NCBI GenBank assembly: GCA_964342815.1
Contig: CAYFHS010000012.1
Span: 42,421 to 106,420 of the forward strand
DNA length: 64,000 nucleotides
Reading direction: 5' to 3'
Source: an uncultured archaeon
GTDB lineage: Archaea > Thermoplasmatota > Penumbrarchaeia > JASLWR01
Shown: one piece after another, positions 1 through 8,989 of the stretch
Layout of the letters: every line of letters starts with the position of its first letter
How positions within the stretch are numbered: position 1 is the first letter of the stretch
Position numbers and translations under genes: made by a program
Notes under the pieces: model-generated
Seen by the model: the letters and a program-made list of their open reading frames with translations, nothing else
Database searches by the model: none
Told to the model about the DNA's origin: nothing

Positions 1-53
1 TTTTTAGAAAGTTTCCGATATTTTTCATCCCAGCAGCTGGAGAACCTATTAGG

Positions 54-1343
54 TCAAATCGGGTTACGTCCTTCCTTGAGATAGCTGATGAGATCGGCTT
101 CTGCCACGTTCCGCTGTTCCCCTGAATTCATGTCCTTCACCGCTACCAGAGATTTATTGCGTTCGTCCTCTCCGATTATCCCCACGTAAGCAGCACCCAG
201 GGCATTACCGTATTTCATTGCCTTCTTCATATTTCTGCCTCTCAACTCCAGATCCACCTTCAAGCCCGAGCTTCTCAAACGGTTGGCAACCTTCACAGTA
301 TGGGAAACGTCATTCTTTGAGACAGGGACCAGAAACAGATCCAATTTCTTAGATTTGAAAGCGTAACCCTGGGTATCAAGTGCCAGTAGTAATCTGTCGA
401 ATCCCAAAGCAAAGCCGCTTGTGGCCACCTCCCTTCCTCCGAACAAAGGTACAAGCGAATACTCTCCACCGCCGCAGATCTGTTTCTCGGCTCCCAATGC
501 TGGCGCCTCTATCTCGAAGACGATCCCCGTGTAATAATCCAGACCTCGGACCACACCGAGGTCAACGTTGTAGTTACCCACATCCATGATGTCCAACCAT
601 TGACAGATCTTCCGGAAAAGGTCCAGATGTTTATCGATACCCGGATACTCAGTTTCCATCTCCTTGATCTCCGAGAGAATCCCCCTGCCTCCGCTGCCAT
701 CCGTAAGTCTTACGATGTCCGATACCAGCTTCGACGGCGTACCGTGCTCAAAAAGAAGGTCCTCCAGTCCTTCGATGTTCTTCTTGTCGATGAGTACAAT
801 GGCAGACGCCAGTGCATTTGAGGGTAGTTCGGCCTTCGCCATCACTGTCCTCAATATATCCAGGTAACCGATGTTGATCCGGAAATCATTCAGGCCGGAT
901 TTCTCCATTATCCTTACTGATAATGCGATCAATTCGGCCAGCGCAAGAGGTGTGGAACTGCCAATGAATTCGACACCGAACTGCCAGAACTCGCGGAACC
1001 TTCCCTTTTGGGGCCTCTCGTATCTGAAGCAGTTTCCGAAATAGTACAGTTTTTGAGGTTTTGGTCGGTTCTGAAGACTATTGACATAGAACCTCATTGC
1101 TGATGCCGTTAGTTCCGGTCGAAGAGCCAGGCTCCTCCCGTTCTTATCGGTAAAGTTGTACATCTGGTCGATTATTCCCGGGCCCGAACGCAGGGTGAAG
1201 AGATCCAAGTGTTCAAATGTAGGAAGATTGATCTCTCCGTACCCGAAACTCTCGACGGTTCCTCTCAGTGTAACAAGAAGTTGTTCCCGCCGGTCCATTT
1301 CCTCCGGTGTGAAATCCCTAGTTCCTCTGGGCCTACCGATCAT
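54..1343 (-). CDS. hisS: histidine--tRNA ligase (class II aaRS)
   Basis: 429-aa ORF with an ATG start. N-terminal MIGRPRGTRDFTPEEM, motif-2-like CFRYERPQKGRFREFWQFGVE and motif-3-like ICGGGEYS are typical of archaeal-type HisRS. Confidence 0.95.
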   Translation of the reverse strand: MIGRPRGTRDFTPEEMDRREQLLVTLRGTVESFGYGEINLPTFEHLDLFTLRSGPGIIDQMYNFTDKNGRSLALRPELTASAMRFYVNSLQNRPKPQKLYYFGNCFRYERPQKGRFREFWQFGVEFIGSSTPLALAELIALSVRIMEKSGLNDFRINIGYLDILRTVMAKAELPSNALASAIVLIDKKNIEGLEDLLFEHGTPSKLVSDIVRLTDGSGGRGILSEIKEMETEYPGIDKHLDLFRKICQWLDIMDVGNYNVDLGVVRGLDYYTGIVFEIEAPALGAEKQICGGGEYSLVPLFGGREVATSGFALGFDRLLLALDTQGYAFKSKKLDLFLVPVSKNDVSHTVKVANRLRSSGLKVDLELRGRNMKKAMKYGNALGAAYVGIIGEDERNKSLVAVKDMNSGEQRNVAEADLISYLKEGRNPI

Positions 1344-1430
1344 ATCTCCATCCCCTGATTAGCTCGCCAGTTAATATTCAACCTCAATAATTTCTCGGAT
1401 AAGCTTGTGGAGCGAACCGGTAAAAATAGC

Positions 1431-4400
1431 TTATTCCTGGATGTGCTTAATACTCTCCTGAGCCAATCTCAGTGCTTCCTTGTAACGTTCCAGCCCGTAG
1501 GCGGTTCGCGCTTTCCTGAAATAATCCTGGGCCCGTTCATTATCAGTACCCTTTACAATCTCACCTGTGGCATAGAGTACCGTCTTTGCTCTCTGTTCGA
1601 GAAGAGTGTTCCTCTGGTCCTTGAGTTCTTTCAAACACGCCTGGGAAAGTTCGTTCGCGCTTTCAAGGAGACCTCCTGAGAGATAATCCGTGGCCTTTTT
1701 GATATTTTTCTGGATCTTGGTGGTATCTCCTCTCATCCCTTCGACCTCTTCCATTATCGCACTGCAGTTATCGAGAATCCTCCTCAGTTCATCCCGGAAA
1801 ATATCCTTTTCAAGGCCGCCCATGGCATTAATGATGAGGTTTTTAACCTCACCCGCTTTCTCCAATTCTCCCTCTTTAAGGAGAACCAGCAGCTTTTCCA
1901 GATCCCTTCTTGCGTTCAGAACCTCAGCTCCCTTCTCCTCGTATATATCCAGTTCTTTTCTAAGGGCTGTAGCCTCATCCTGCATTATCCGTACCCGGTT
2001 CATGTGAAGAAGCTCGTTAATCACTGATATTGCTTCGCGTATGTTATCATAGGCCAATGCCATGGCTTCCTTGAGGAACAACTTCCGGCTTTCTTCCATA
2101 AGAAGGGTGCCCTGGGAAATGTCGAGATCAATGGCCTCGGCTTTCTCCAATCCTCTCTCAGCCTCCTGGCGGCTGATCAAATATTTCTCGCTCATTATCT
2201 GCCAGTAACTATCCCGAGCGTCCTTCTCAGCTCTTTTGGCCACATTCATTGCGAATTTATACATCCCGGATTCAAACAGACGACCGGCCATATCCAATCT
2301 TTTCAAGTGAACGGCTCCGTCCATATCTCTGGCCTTTGATTGAATAACATTCGTTATCCTTCTAATCTCCTCATTGAACTTCACCCTCCGTCTGCTGTCG
2401 ATTTCCTTTTCAGCCAGATCGATTGCCTCTTCGCAGAGTCCCTGTATCTTCGAGTAATTCCTTTGTCTCTCCGCTTCCTGGGCCTTTATCAGGACTACCT
2501 GTACATCTTTCGCCTCTGAGAATTTTAGGCCCATCAGCCTCATTTTTTCTATAGCAGATGTAATAAAACGGCTCGCCAAGTCCTGTTCATGCCTCTTTAG
2601 GGCCATGTTCGCTCCGTCTTCGGCTCGAATAAAACATTTTTCCGCTTCCTTGAATCCCCCATTTTCAAGTGCTGCTTTTCCCTGAGCAAGCCAATGAAGC
2701 GCGCTGGTGGGGGTAAATTGTTTAGACTTAAGGGCGTTTACCTTGTAAGAAAGATCAAGATAATGGTCAATGTGGTTCTGTTTCGTTACTCTCTGTTCGA
2801 TCTTCTCGATCTGATCACCCAGAAGATTTACGTATCGAAGTCTTTCCACCCACTCCGTCCCGGGTGTATCACTAAATATGTTCAGGTATAATTTATAAAC
2901 ATCAACCCCTACGATACCCCTTTTGAGCAGCTTTTCCACTCCGCCCAACCTGTTGATACGGGCTTTTTGATCTTCAAGTCCTCGTCCGATCTCCGCTTCG
3001 ATAGTTTCGGTTATGAGATCCCGTATCTTTTCAAAATCCACGAAAGCACTGTCTTCTTCGGATCTGGGAACGGCTGGACCTATGCTCGGCAATCCATCCA
3101 GTTTCATTGTGTATTCCCGGATTCTCTCTTCCGGTAGATATTCGGAAACTCGGTCCAATAACCTTCTTACACTTTTTACATTCTTTTGAAACATTGCTTT
3201 TGTTTCTTCATCCTCCAACATTTTAAAGAACTTGCTTAGAGACAATATCGTTTGTGTCAGTTCCTCGGTTATTGGAATGGCAGAATCGTCCCGCAACAAT
3301 CTGAGTTTTTTCATCAGCTCCGTTTCATACCCCTGCCTTTCTCCTGTTGCTATCAATGAGTCTTCGAGTGAGAGAACAGCTTCGGATATATCTGCTGTTT
3401 TCTGCTTGCGGATATTCTGTGCCAGTTGAACTGCTTCCTCCATCAGTTTATAGGCTTTATCCAGCTCGCCGTTCTTAATTAATATTCGTCCTTGATCCAT
3501 CATATTTTTCGGTTCATCCTGGTCAATACCGTCGGCAGCAAGTTCGTCTATCTGCAGTTTTATCCGCTGGTATTTCTCATTCGCCATATTATTTTCATAT
3601 TCGCTCCGTTTCAAATTGAAAAGCTTAATAATTTCCTCGTATGATTCATTCGCCGCGTCGAACTTTCGCTCGATTAACAGTCCCTCAATCTTTTTCATTT
3701 CTTCCTCGAAATGATCCTTTTTTATTGGAAGATTGCTGACTGATTCCCTCAGAGCTTCGATCTTCGTCTGAAGTTCACCCATTACTGTCATCTCGTCGCA
3801 GGCACTTATAAATGATTTCAACTGGTGTGCGCACTTTCTGTGCTTTTCCTCAGCATAATTATCCTTGGCTTTATTCATCATGGATTCGAGGTGACTTATG
3901 TCGAAGGGGAGCTTTCGGATATCTTTCATCAACAATTCCGCCGTATACAAAAGTCCGTTGGCACTATCTTTGAAGAACTGGGCCCTCTTTTCTTTAGCCA
4001 AGGCAATACACTCGGTTCCCTTGGCCAAGCCTTTCTCCGTATCCCCACCATCATACATCTCCCTCGCCTCGGCCAATAGAGCCATGGGTTCTGTTACGTC
4101 GACACCTTCCATACCGTATTTCTTGAGAAGAGCTTCATTTCGTTCAAGATTGGTATCGAGGAGATGAAGCTTGAACGTTGTTTCCTGCTCCCGAGCGCTA
4201 TGAAGTGCGTGTCGTATATCATCCAGTAAGGAACGCTGCTCATCATCGGGTAATTCCGTACGGTCATCCAGGGTCTCCCTCAGCTCATTCAGCAATTGTA
4301 GAGATGAGGATATCTCAACTCCCTGTTCTTCGATGCCGCTGCATATATCAGATGTTTTTTCCAGTTCCTCCGATACAATTCTCAGATTGTGCCTGTTCTT

Positions 4401-7400
4401 AAGCTTAACAAGGGTCGTCGCCGCTTTTTTGACATAGATCTCTGCCTCGTCCAGAACACCTTTATCCACTAGGAGCTGGCTCATATCCATGAAGGATTTT
4501 TCCTCTTTCATCTCTATCTTGGATACGCCCATCTCCTTGAGATTATCATAAATGATCTTGTTTTTTATGATCATACCGTTTATCTTCGTTTTCAAGTAAT
4601 TGAACCTTGCAGCGGTGATGGTCTTCTTAGCGTTTTCCAGCAGATTGATCGATTTATCATAATCCTCTCTTTTGAATTCTCGTTTACCTTTATCGAACAA
4701 TGAGGAGCCTTCGGATACATCCACTCCGATGTTACGGGCTTCTTCCTGCAATGTTCTGATACTGTCTATGGACAGTAGAATTTCTTGGCGCCTCTTTTCG
4801 AAAGCTGCTTTCTCGATCCCCTTTTGAAACCATTCTATACTAGGTCCGTAGTGTTCTTTGTCAAGCAATTTATCCCCTTTCTGAATATAAACCATGAGAG
4901 GAGAGGTTGCGCCACCCAGTTCTTCGATCTCGGCTATAATATCTTCGAGCAGCCTTTTTGTGGAGATTGCTTTGCGTTTCATGTATTCCCGGCTTCGATC
5001 CCTTACATCGTCCTCGAACTGGACGATACGTGCCAATATCTCGGTTGAAACTTCTTCCTTTACGCCATTGTATAGTTCATTCAATCGGTTAAAATAATCC
5101 GTAAGATCAAAACCTCCTCCGGAGTCCTTTTCTATGAACTCCACCACCCCCTTGCTTCTTGAGAGACGATCCAAGGCGATTTCCAGGTCGTACTCCCTTT
5201 CCCTTTTCATCCCTTCTTTAATTGCCAGCTTACAGTATGCCTCCACCTCGATGAAATTGTTCTTCTTAAATAATTCAACTGCATCACGATAGAGGTCGCT
5301 CATCAGCTCCGTGTCAACGCCTTTGGCTAAAAGACGGTCCAATTCCTCCTTGACGCTGTCCAAAGAAGTTTGGGAATTTCCCAGCTTATGATCGAGCTCA
5401 AGGGAATCCCTTATCTTCTTCACTTTATCTATTATCCGGTATGTCTCATCAAAGATTCCTTTGGAAAGGTTGGAATTCGCACTCACCAGAAGAGTTTCCA
5501 TCTCCATGGTGTCAACCCCCTCTTCGCTTAGGCTACGCTTTTTCTGTTCCAGTTCATCCAAGAATACACGGACCTTACCACGGTGGAACTCGATCTCTAT
5601 CTCCCTGATATCTTTCTGCCTCTTCAATATTGCGGACCTTGCTTCGGAGAAGGAACCTTTGGATATCATCCGCTTTATTTTCAGTAATTTACCATCCATT
5701 CCCGTTACATCGGCACCTCGGTTAGCAAGTTCGAAAAGAGCGTCCTCCAATTCGTATAACTGGGTCAATAAGCGATTGGTCACGAAAAAATCCCTGGCGG
5801 ATTCAGCCTCGGTCCATCCTTTTTTCAAAAGTTCCGACGTGACATTGTATTCCTTCTGCTCAAGGTAATCTGTACTTTTATCAACTATCGAATACAGAGA
5901 AGAAACATCAACATCCTTTTTGGAAAATTTGTCCAGGAGAGCCTTGAATTCACCGATCTCTTTACGATAGAAATCATCCCTGTATGCATGGAATTTTTCA
6001 TTCATCTCATTATCGAGCTTTTCGAGGGTTTCTTTGGCATTATCGAAATCGGCCGCATCCAGCATAACTGCCACCTGGGACAGAACATCTTTTTCTTCTT
6101 TAAGCTCCATACCTTCATTTTCCAGTTCAGCGTGCCGGTCCATAAGAATTTGGCTTTTTTTCTGCAGTGTACCAAGTCTCCTTCTTACCTTTATCTTGCT
6201 AGACAATTCTTCGCCGAGCTCATATGCCTCTTTATACTTCTGTTCAGTGAAATATTCCTTCACGCGGTCCAGTTGTACCCGGAAGGAGGAGATGTCCTGG
6301 CCGACCTCAAGCAATTCGCGAAAGGCGATCTTCGTTTCCGATATGATATCCAAAGACCTTTCCTGGTAATAATATTCTCGCAACCTTGAAGATATCTCCA
6401 AGGCCTGATCCAGATCCTTTGAGGCTGTCGCCATCTCTTTCAATTCAATCTTCTTCTTTGCATCTTCAAGTATCATTTCCAGTTCAGCAGTATCTATGGA
6501 TGCTTCTTTCCACTTACCAATGTCCCTGAAAATCCCGTCATAGGTCTCTTTGAAAACCGAACTCTTAGTAAGTATATAACTGTTCTCCGCCTTCTTTCGT
6601 GCTTCCGTTAGAATGGCCTTGGCCTCTTCATAATTGCCTTTCTTGTGAGCATCGGCCGCGTCTTCCAGTGCACCCTTTACTTCATCAAGCTGGATTCCCT
6701 CGGTTTCAAGCTCATTATACCGATCTTGCATTTCCTTTAATTTTTCAGCGGATTGCCCCCCCAGATATTCCTGTTTCTTCTCCGTAATGGATTCCATTAT
6801 CTTGTTCATAATGGGAGCCAGGTCTCCAAAATCGTCATTTTCGACTTTTGTCTTTGCATCGTTCAGCCGTTCCTCCAATGAACTAATATCCACTCCGCCC
6901 CGCTGAAGCGCTTTGATCAGGGTATGATAGTCGAGTAACGTATCAAGGTACATCTTGCGAAAGAAATCCGTTTTCGTGTTCTTAGCTGAATCGAAAGCAT
7001 CCTTGACTATTTGAAAACCCGCCTCCATATCCTTACCCCGTATCTTGAGATCGGCCAATTGCAAAAGTTTCTCCGCCTTTATTACCTTCAATCCTTTTTC
7101 CTTCAATTCTGATATGATGGAATCAGTATCTCCCTTGATCTTGTCTATCTTCATGAGCAGGTGGGCTCCCCAGGTTTCGTTCAATAATTCTTCCGCGGTC
7201 CTTAATGCTTCATTAGCACTGTTGTAATCTCCACTTTGTAATATACTTCGTCCCTTGTTGAAGGAGAGCCATGCCTTGGAAACATCGACATCCTTCTTCG
7301 CTATTTCCTCAAGGCGTTTTTCGGTCTCGTCAAACTTCTTTTTCGACTCAGTAAGCTTGTGATGACTGATCATTTTTTCGGATAAATTTTTTACCTTTTC

Positions 7401-8777
7401 CGTAAGTTCGTCTATACGCCGGTAATCGTATTCCTTGAAGGCTTTCTGCGCTTCAGCGAGCATGTCCGTTACTTCTTTTAAGGGTAGGCCGAGTATTTTC
7501 AATTTCCTTATATCGACCTGAATTGATGAGATATCGCTGCTTCCCTTCTTGATTCTCATGTTATTTTTTTCCTTGAGAAGTTCGAGAGAGATATTCTCCA
7601 GCATATTCTCGCATTCCAAATATTTTTTCATGGCCGCATTCTGTGCCACACCTGCAAGCTTCGATTTCAACTCATCAAGTTCTAAACCGGACTTCTCCAG
7701 TTGTTCTATCTTCAGGGTATATTCTTCTATCTTTGAAAAAATCTTACCCTTATAGAACTTGTGCTTCACGTCCATAGCCGTATTGATAGCATCGTCCGAT
7801 CTCTCTATTGATTCGTCATATTTTTTTTCTTTGAAGAGGTTCTTTGCCATCCCGAGTTTTTCCAATGGTTCTGTGGACCCCTGAGCCGATTCTCCCATTT
7901 GATCAACAACATATTTGGCCCGGGCTAGTCGCTCCTGGGCTGCCTTGATCTTCACTCTGTCCTTAAGTCGAGAAATAATGATATAGCAGCTCGAAATAAT
8001 GTCCCGGGTGCCCACAATATCTCCGTTATCCAGGGCTTGTTTACCGTTCTGCAACCTTATATTGACCGCTTTTACTCCGGCACCTAATCTTTCAAGTTGT
8101 TCAACCTCGCTCTCAATGGATCCCAGTTCTTCAAGAAGAGACTGCATCTCACCGTATTTACTTTCCTCTGAGCATCTGTTCAATACTTCATATGCCATTT
8201 CTGTAGCCTTATCAAGTTCATCGTTCTCGGCTAATTCCCTACTTTTTTCAAGCATACCTTGCAGCCTGCCATCAGAATCATTAATGAATTTTTTATGGCT
8301 AGCAGTCTCCGCCCTGGTAATCAATCCCATAATCTTTTTCTTATCAATCCGTCTACGAACTTTTACAATACTACTAACACCAATTTCTAGAAATTTATTA
8401 GCTTCATCATAATGTCCCAGGATCAACTCATCCTCGCCTCTCGCAAGATATTCACGTACTTCAGCGACATCAATATTCTGGGAAAATGATCGGATGAAAT
8501 CTTTTATTTCAGCCACCTTGTTCCCAACTATTTGGATGATACCCTCGCTTTTCCTGTGTTCCCCTATTGTACAGGCATCGGTTGCCTTTGCGGTGGCTAA
8601 AGCGACGTTGCCCTTTGAAATCGCGACCCTAGCCTCTCCTAAAAGGTCATTTACTTCAGTGGCTTCGATGGAGAGGCTCTTCAATTCCCGGTACAGCTCT
8701 TCACCTAGCGAAAGCAGCTCCTCAGCTACTGTGACACCTTGACCGGTCCCATTGGTCCGATTGGTTCCAACTCCCAT
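1431..8777 (-). CDS. giant (2448 aa) cytoplasmic all-helical tandem-repeat protein, function unknown
   Basis: Uninterrupted 7.3-kb ORF with an ATG preceded by AAGGAGGG. No signal peptide, TM segment or ATPase motifs. E/K/L/A/D-rich helical composition built from 66-aa repeats. Confidence 0.9.
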   Translation of the reverse strand: MGVGTNRTNGTGQGVTVAEELLSLGEELYRELKSLSIEATEVNDLLGEARVAISKGNVALATAKATDACTIGEHRKSEGIIQIVGNKVAEIKDFIRSFSQNIDVAEVREYLARGEDELILGHYDEANKFLEIGVSSIVKVRRRIDKKKIMGLITRAETASHKKFINDSDGRLQGMLEKSRELAENDELDKATEMAYEVLNRCSEESKYGEMQSLLEELGSIESEVEQLERLGAGVKAVNIRLQNGKQALDNGDIVGTRDIISSCYIIISRLKDRVKIKAAQERLARAKYVVDQMGESAQGSTEPLEKLGMAKNLFKEKKYDESIERSDDAINTAMDVKHKFYKGKIFSKIEEYTLKIEQLEKSGLELDELKSKLAGVAQNAAMKKYLECENMLENISLELLKEKNNMRIKKGSSDISSIQVDIRKLKILGLPLKEVTDMLAEAQKAFKEYDYRRIDELTEKVKNLSEKMISHHKLTESKKKFDETEKRLEEIAKKDVDVSKAWLSFNKGRSILQSGDYNSANEALRTAEELLNETWGAHLLMKIDKIKGDTDSIISELKEKGLKVIKAEKLLQLADLKIRGKDMEAGFQIVKDAFDSAKNTKTDFFRKMYLDTLLDYHTLIKALQRGGVDISSLEERLNDAKTKVENDDFGDLAPIMNKIMESITEKKQEYLGGQSAEKLKEMQDRYNELETEGIQLDEVKGALEDAADAHKKGNYEEAKAILTEARKKAENSYILTKSSVFKETYDGIFRDIGKWKEASIDTAELEMILEDAKKKIELKEMATASKDLDQALEISSRLREYYYQERSLDIISETKIAFRELLEVGQDISSFRVQLDRVKEYFTEQKYKEAYELGEELSSKIKVRRRLGTLQKKSQILMDRHAELENEGMELKEEKDVLSQVAVMLDAADFDNAKETLEKLDNEMNEKFHAYRDDFYRKEIGEFKALLDKFSKKDVDVSSLYSIVDKSTDYLEQKEYNVTSELLKKGWTEAESARDFFVTNRLLTQLYELEDALFELANRGADVTGMDGKLLKIKRMISKGSFSEARSAILKRQKDIREIEIEFHRGKVRVFLDELEQKKRSLSEEGVDTMEMETLLVSANSNLSKGIFDETYRIIDKVKKIRDSLELDHKLGNSQTSLDSVKEELDRLLAKGVDTELMSDLYRDAVELFKKNNFIEVEAYCKLAIKEGMKREREYDLEIALDRLSRSKGVVEFIEKDSGGGFDLTDYFNRLNELYNGVKEEVSTEILARIVQFEDDVRDRSREYMKRKAISTKRLLEDIIAEIEELGGATSPLMVYIQKGDKLLDKEHYGPSIEWFQKGIEKAAFEKRRQEILLSIDSIRTLQEEARNIGVDVSEGSSLFDKGKREFKREDYDKSINLLENAKKTITAARFNYLKTKINGMIIKNKIIYDNLKEMGVSKIEMKEEKSFMDMSQLLVDKGVLDEAEIYVKKAATTLVKLKNRHNLRIVSEELEKTSDICSGIEEQGVEISSSLQLLNELRETLDDRTELPDDEQRSLLDDIRHALHSAREQETTFKLHLLDTNLERNEALLKKYGMEGVDVTEPMALLAEAREMYDGGDTEKGLAKGTECIALAKEKRAQFFKDSANGLLYTAELLMKDIRKLPFDISHLESMMNKAKDNYAEEKHRKCAHQLKSFISACDEMTVMGELQTKIEALRESVSNLPIKKDHFEEEMKKIEGLLIERKFDAANESYEEIIKLFNLKRSEYENNMANEKYQRIKLQIDELAADGIDQDEPKNMMDQGRILIKNGELDKAYKLMEEAVQLAQNIRKQKTADISEAVLSLEDSLIATGERQGYETELMKKLRLLRDDSAIPITEELTQTILSLSKFFKMLEDEETKAMFQKNVKSVRRLLDRVSEYLPEERIREYTMKLDGLPSIGPAVPRSEEDSAFVDFEKIRDLITETIEAEIGRGLEDQKARINRLGGVEKLLKRGIVGVDVYKLYLNIFSDTPGTEWVERLRYVNLLGDQIEKIEQRVTKQNHIDHYLDLSYKVNALKSKQFTPTSALHWLAQGKAALENGGFKEAEKCFIRAEDGANMALKRHEQDLASRFITSAIEKMRLMGLKFSEAKDVQVVLIKAQEAERQRNYSKIQGLCEEAIDLAEKEIDSRRRVKFNEEIRRITNVIQSKARDMDGAVHLKRLDMAGRLFESGMYKFAMNVAKRAEKDARDSYWQIMSEKYLISRQEAERGLEKAEAIDLDISQGTLLMEESRKLFLKEAMALAYDNIREAISVINELLHMNRVRIMQDEATALRKELDIYEEKGAEVLNARRDLEKLLVLLKEGELEKAGEVKNLIINAMGGLEKDIFRDELRRILDNCSAIMEEVEGMRGDTTKIQKNIKKATDYLSGGLLESANELSQACLKELKDQRNTLLEQRAKTVLYATGEIVKGTDNERAQDYFRKARTAYGLERYKEALRLAQESIKHIQE
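1434..8678 (-). repeat. about 37 tandem copies of a 66-residue protein repeat (G-[VIL]-[DE]-[VIL] ... LLxxA ... G-[DN]-[YF]-xx-A ... long helix)
   Basis: I registered the motif by hand at residues 34, 100, 166, 232, 298, 364, 430, 496, 562, 628, 694, 760, 826, 889, 955, 1021, 1087, 1153, ~1221, 1288, 1351, 1417 and 1486. Spacing is exactly 66 in 17 of 22 intervals and 63-69 in the rest. The pattern continues to the C-terminus (...ERYKEALRLAQESIKHIQE). Confidence 0.85.
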
Positions 8778-8830
8778 ATAGATTATCCCTCCTTGAATCC
8801 GATAGGATCCCTTTTTGGTCCGGATGAGAT

Positions 8831-8845
8831 TTATTTATATTAATT
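8831..8845 (-). promoter_or_regulatory. candidate TATA-like box for the giant repeat gene
   Basis: On the minus strand, TTAATATAAATAAAT lies about 55-68 nt upstream of the ATG at 8777, with the AAGGAGGG RBS in between. Position is the only evidence. Confidence 0.25.
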
Positions 8846-8989
8846 TCCTCCGCAAGGTCTGGGAGGTCCGCATCCCTTCTCGTGTACACCCATTAACTAT
8901 TTTTTATTTATTTCTTTGTATATGGGCATTTCTATAAAGATATTATTAGGAGTAATCGAGCATAATATCTTCCCACAAGGAGGAAGTGA

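Noticed and set aside
1690-8742. Many 60-137-aa plus-strand ORFs inside the giant repeat gene, for example 5461..5868, 5988..6389 and 7999..8412.
   Set aside because: They are shadow ORFs on the opposite strand of a 7.3-kb coding region. Their Ser/Phe/Leu-rich low-complexity translations are what the antisense of a GAA/AAG-rich gene produces.
1431-8777. The regular periodicity might indicate a CRISPR array or a satellite DNA.
   Set aside because: The period (198 nt) exists at the protein level within one long ORF, and the DNA copies are strongly diverged. There are no identical direct repeats, spacers or cas genes.
1431-8777. The giant helical protein could be an SMC/Rad50-type or intermediate-filament-like coiled coil.
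   Set aside because: It has no Walker A/B or signature motifs, no hinge and no head or tail domains. Conserved Gly/Asp turns every 66 residues argue for a repeat of short helices rather than one continuous heptad coiled coil.
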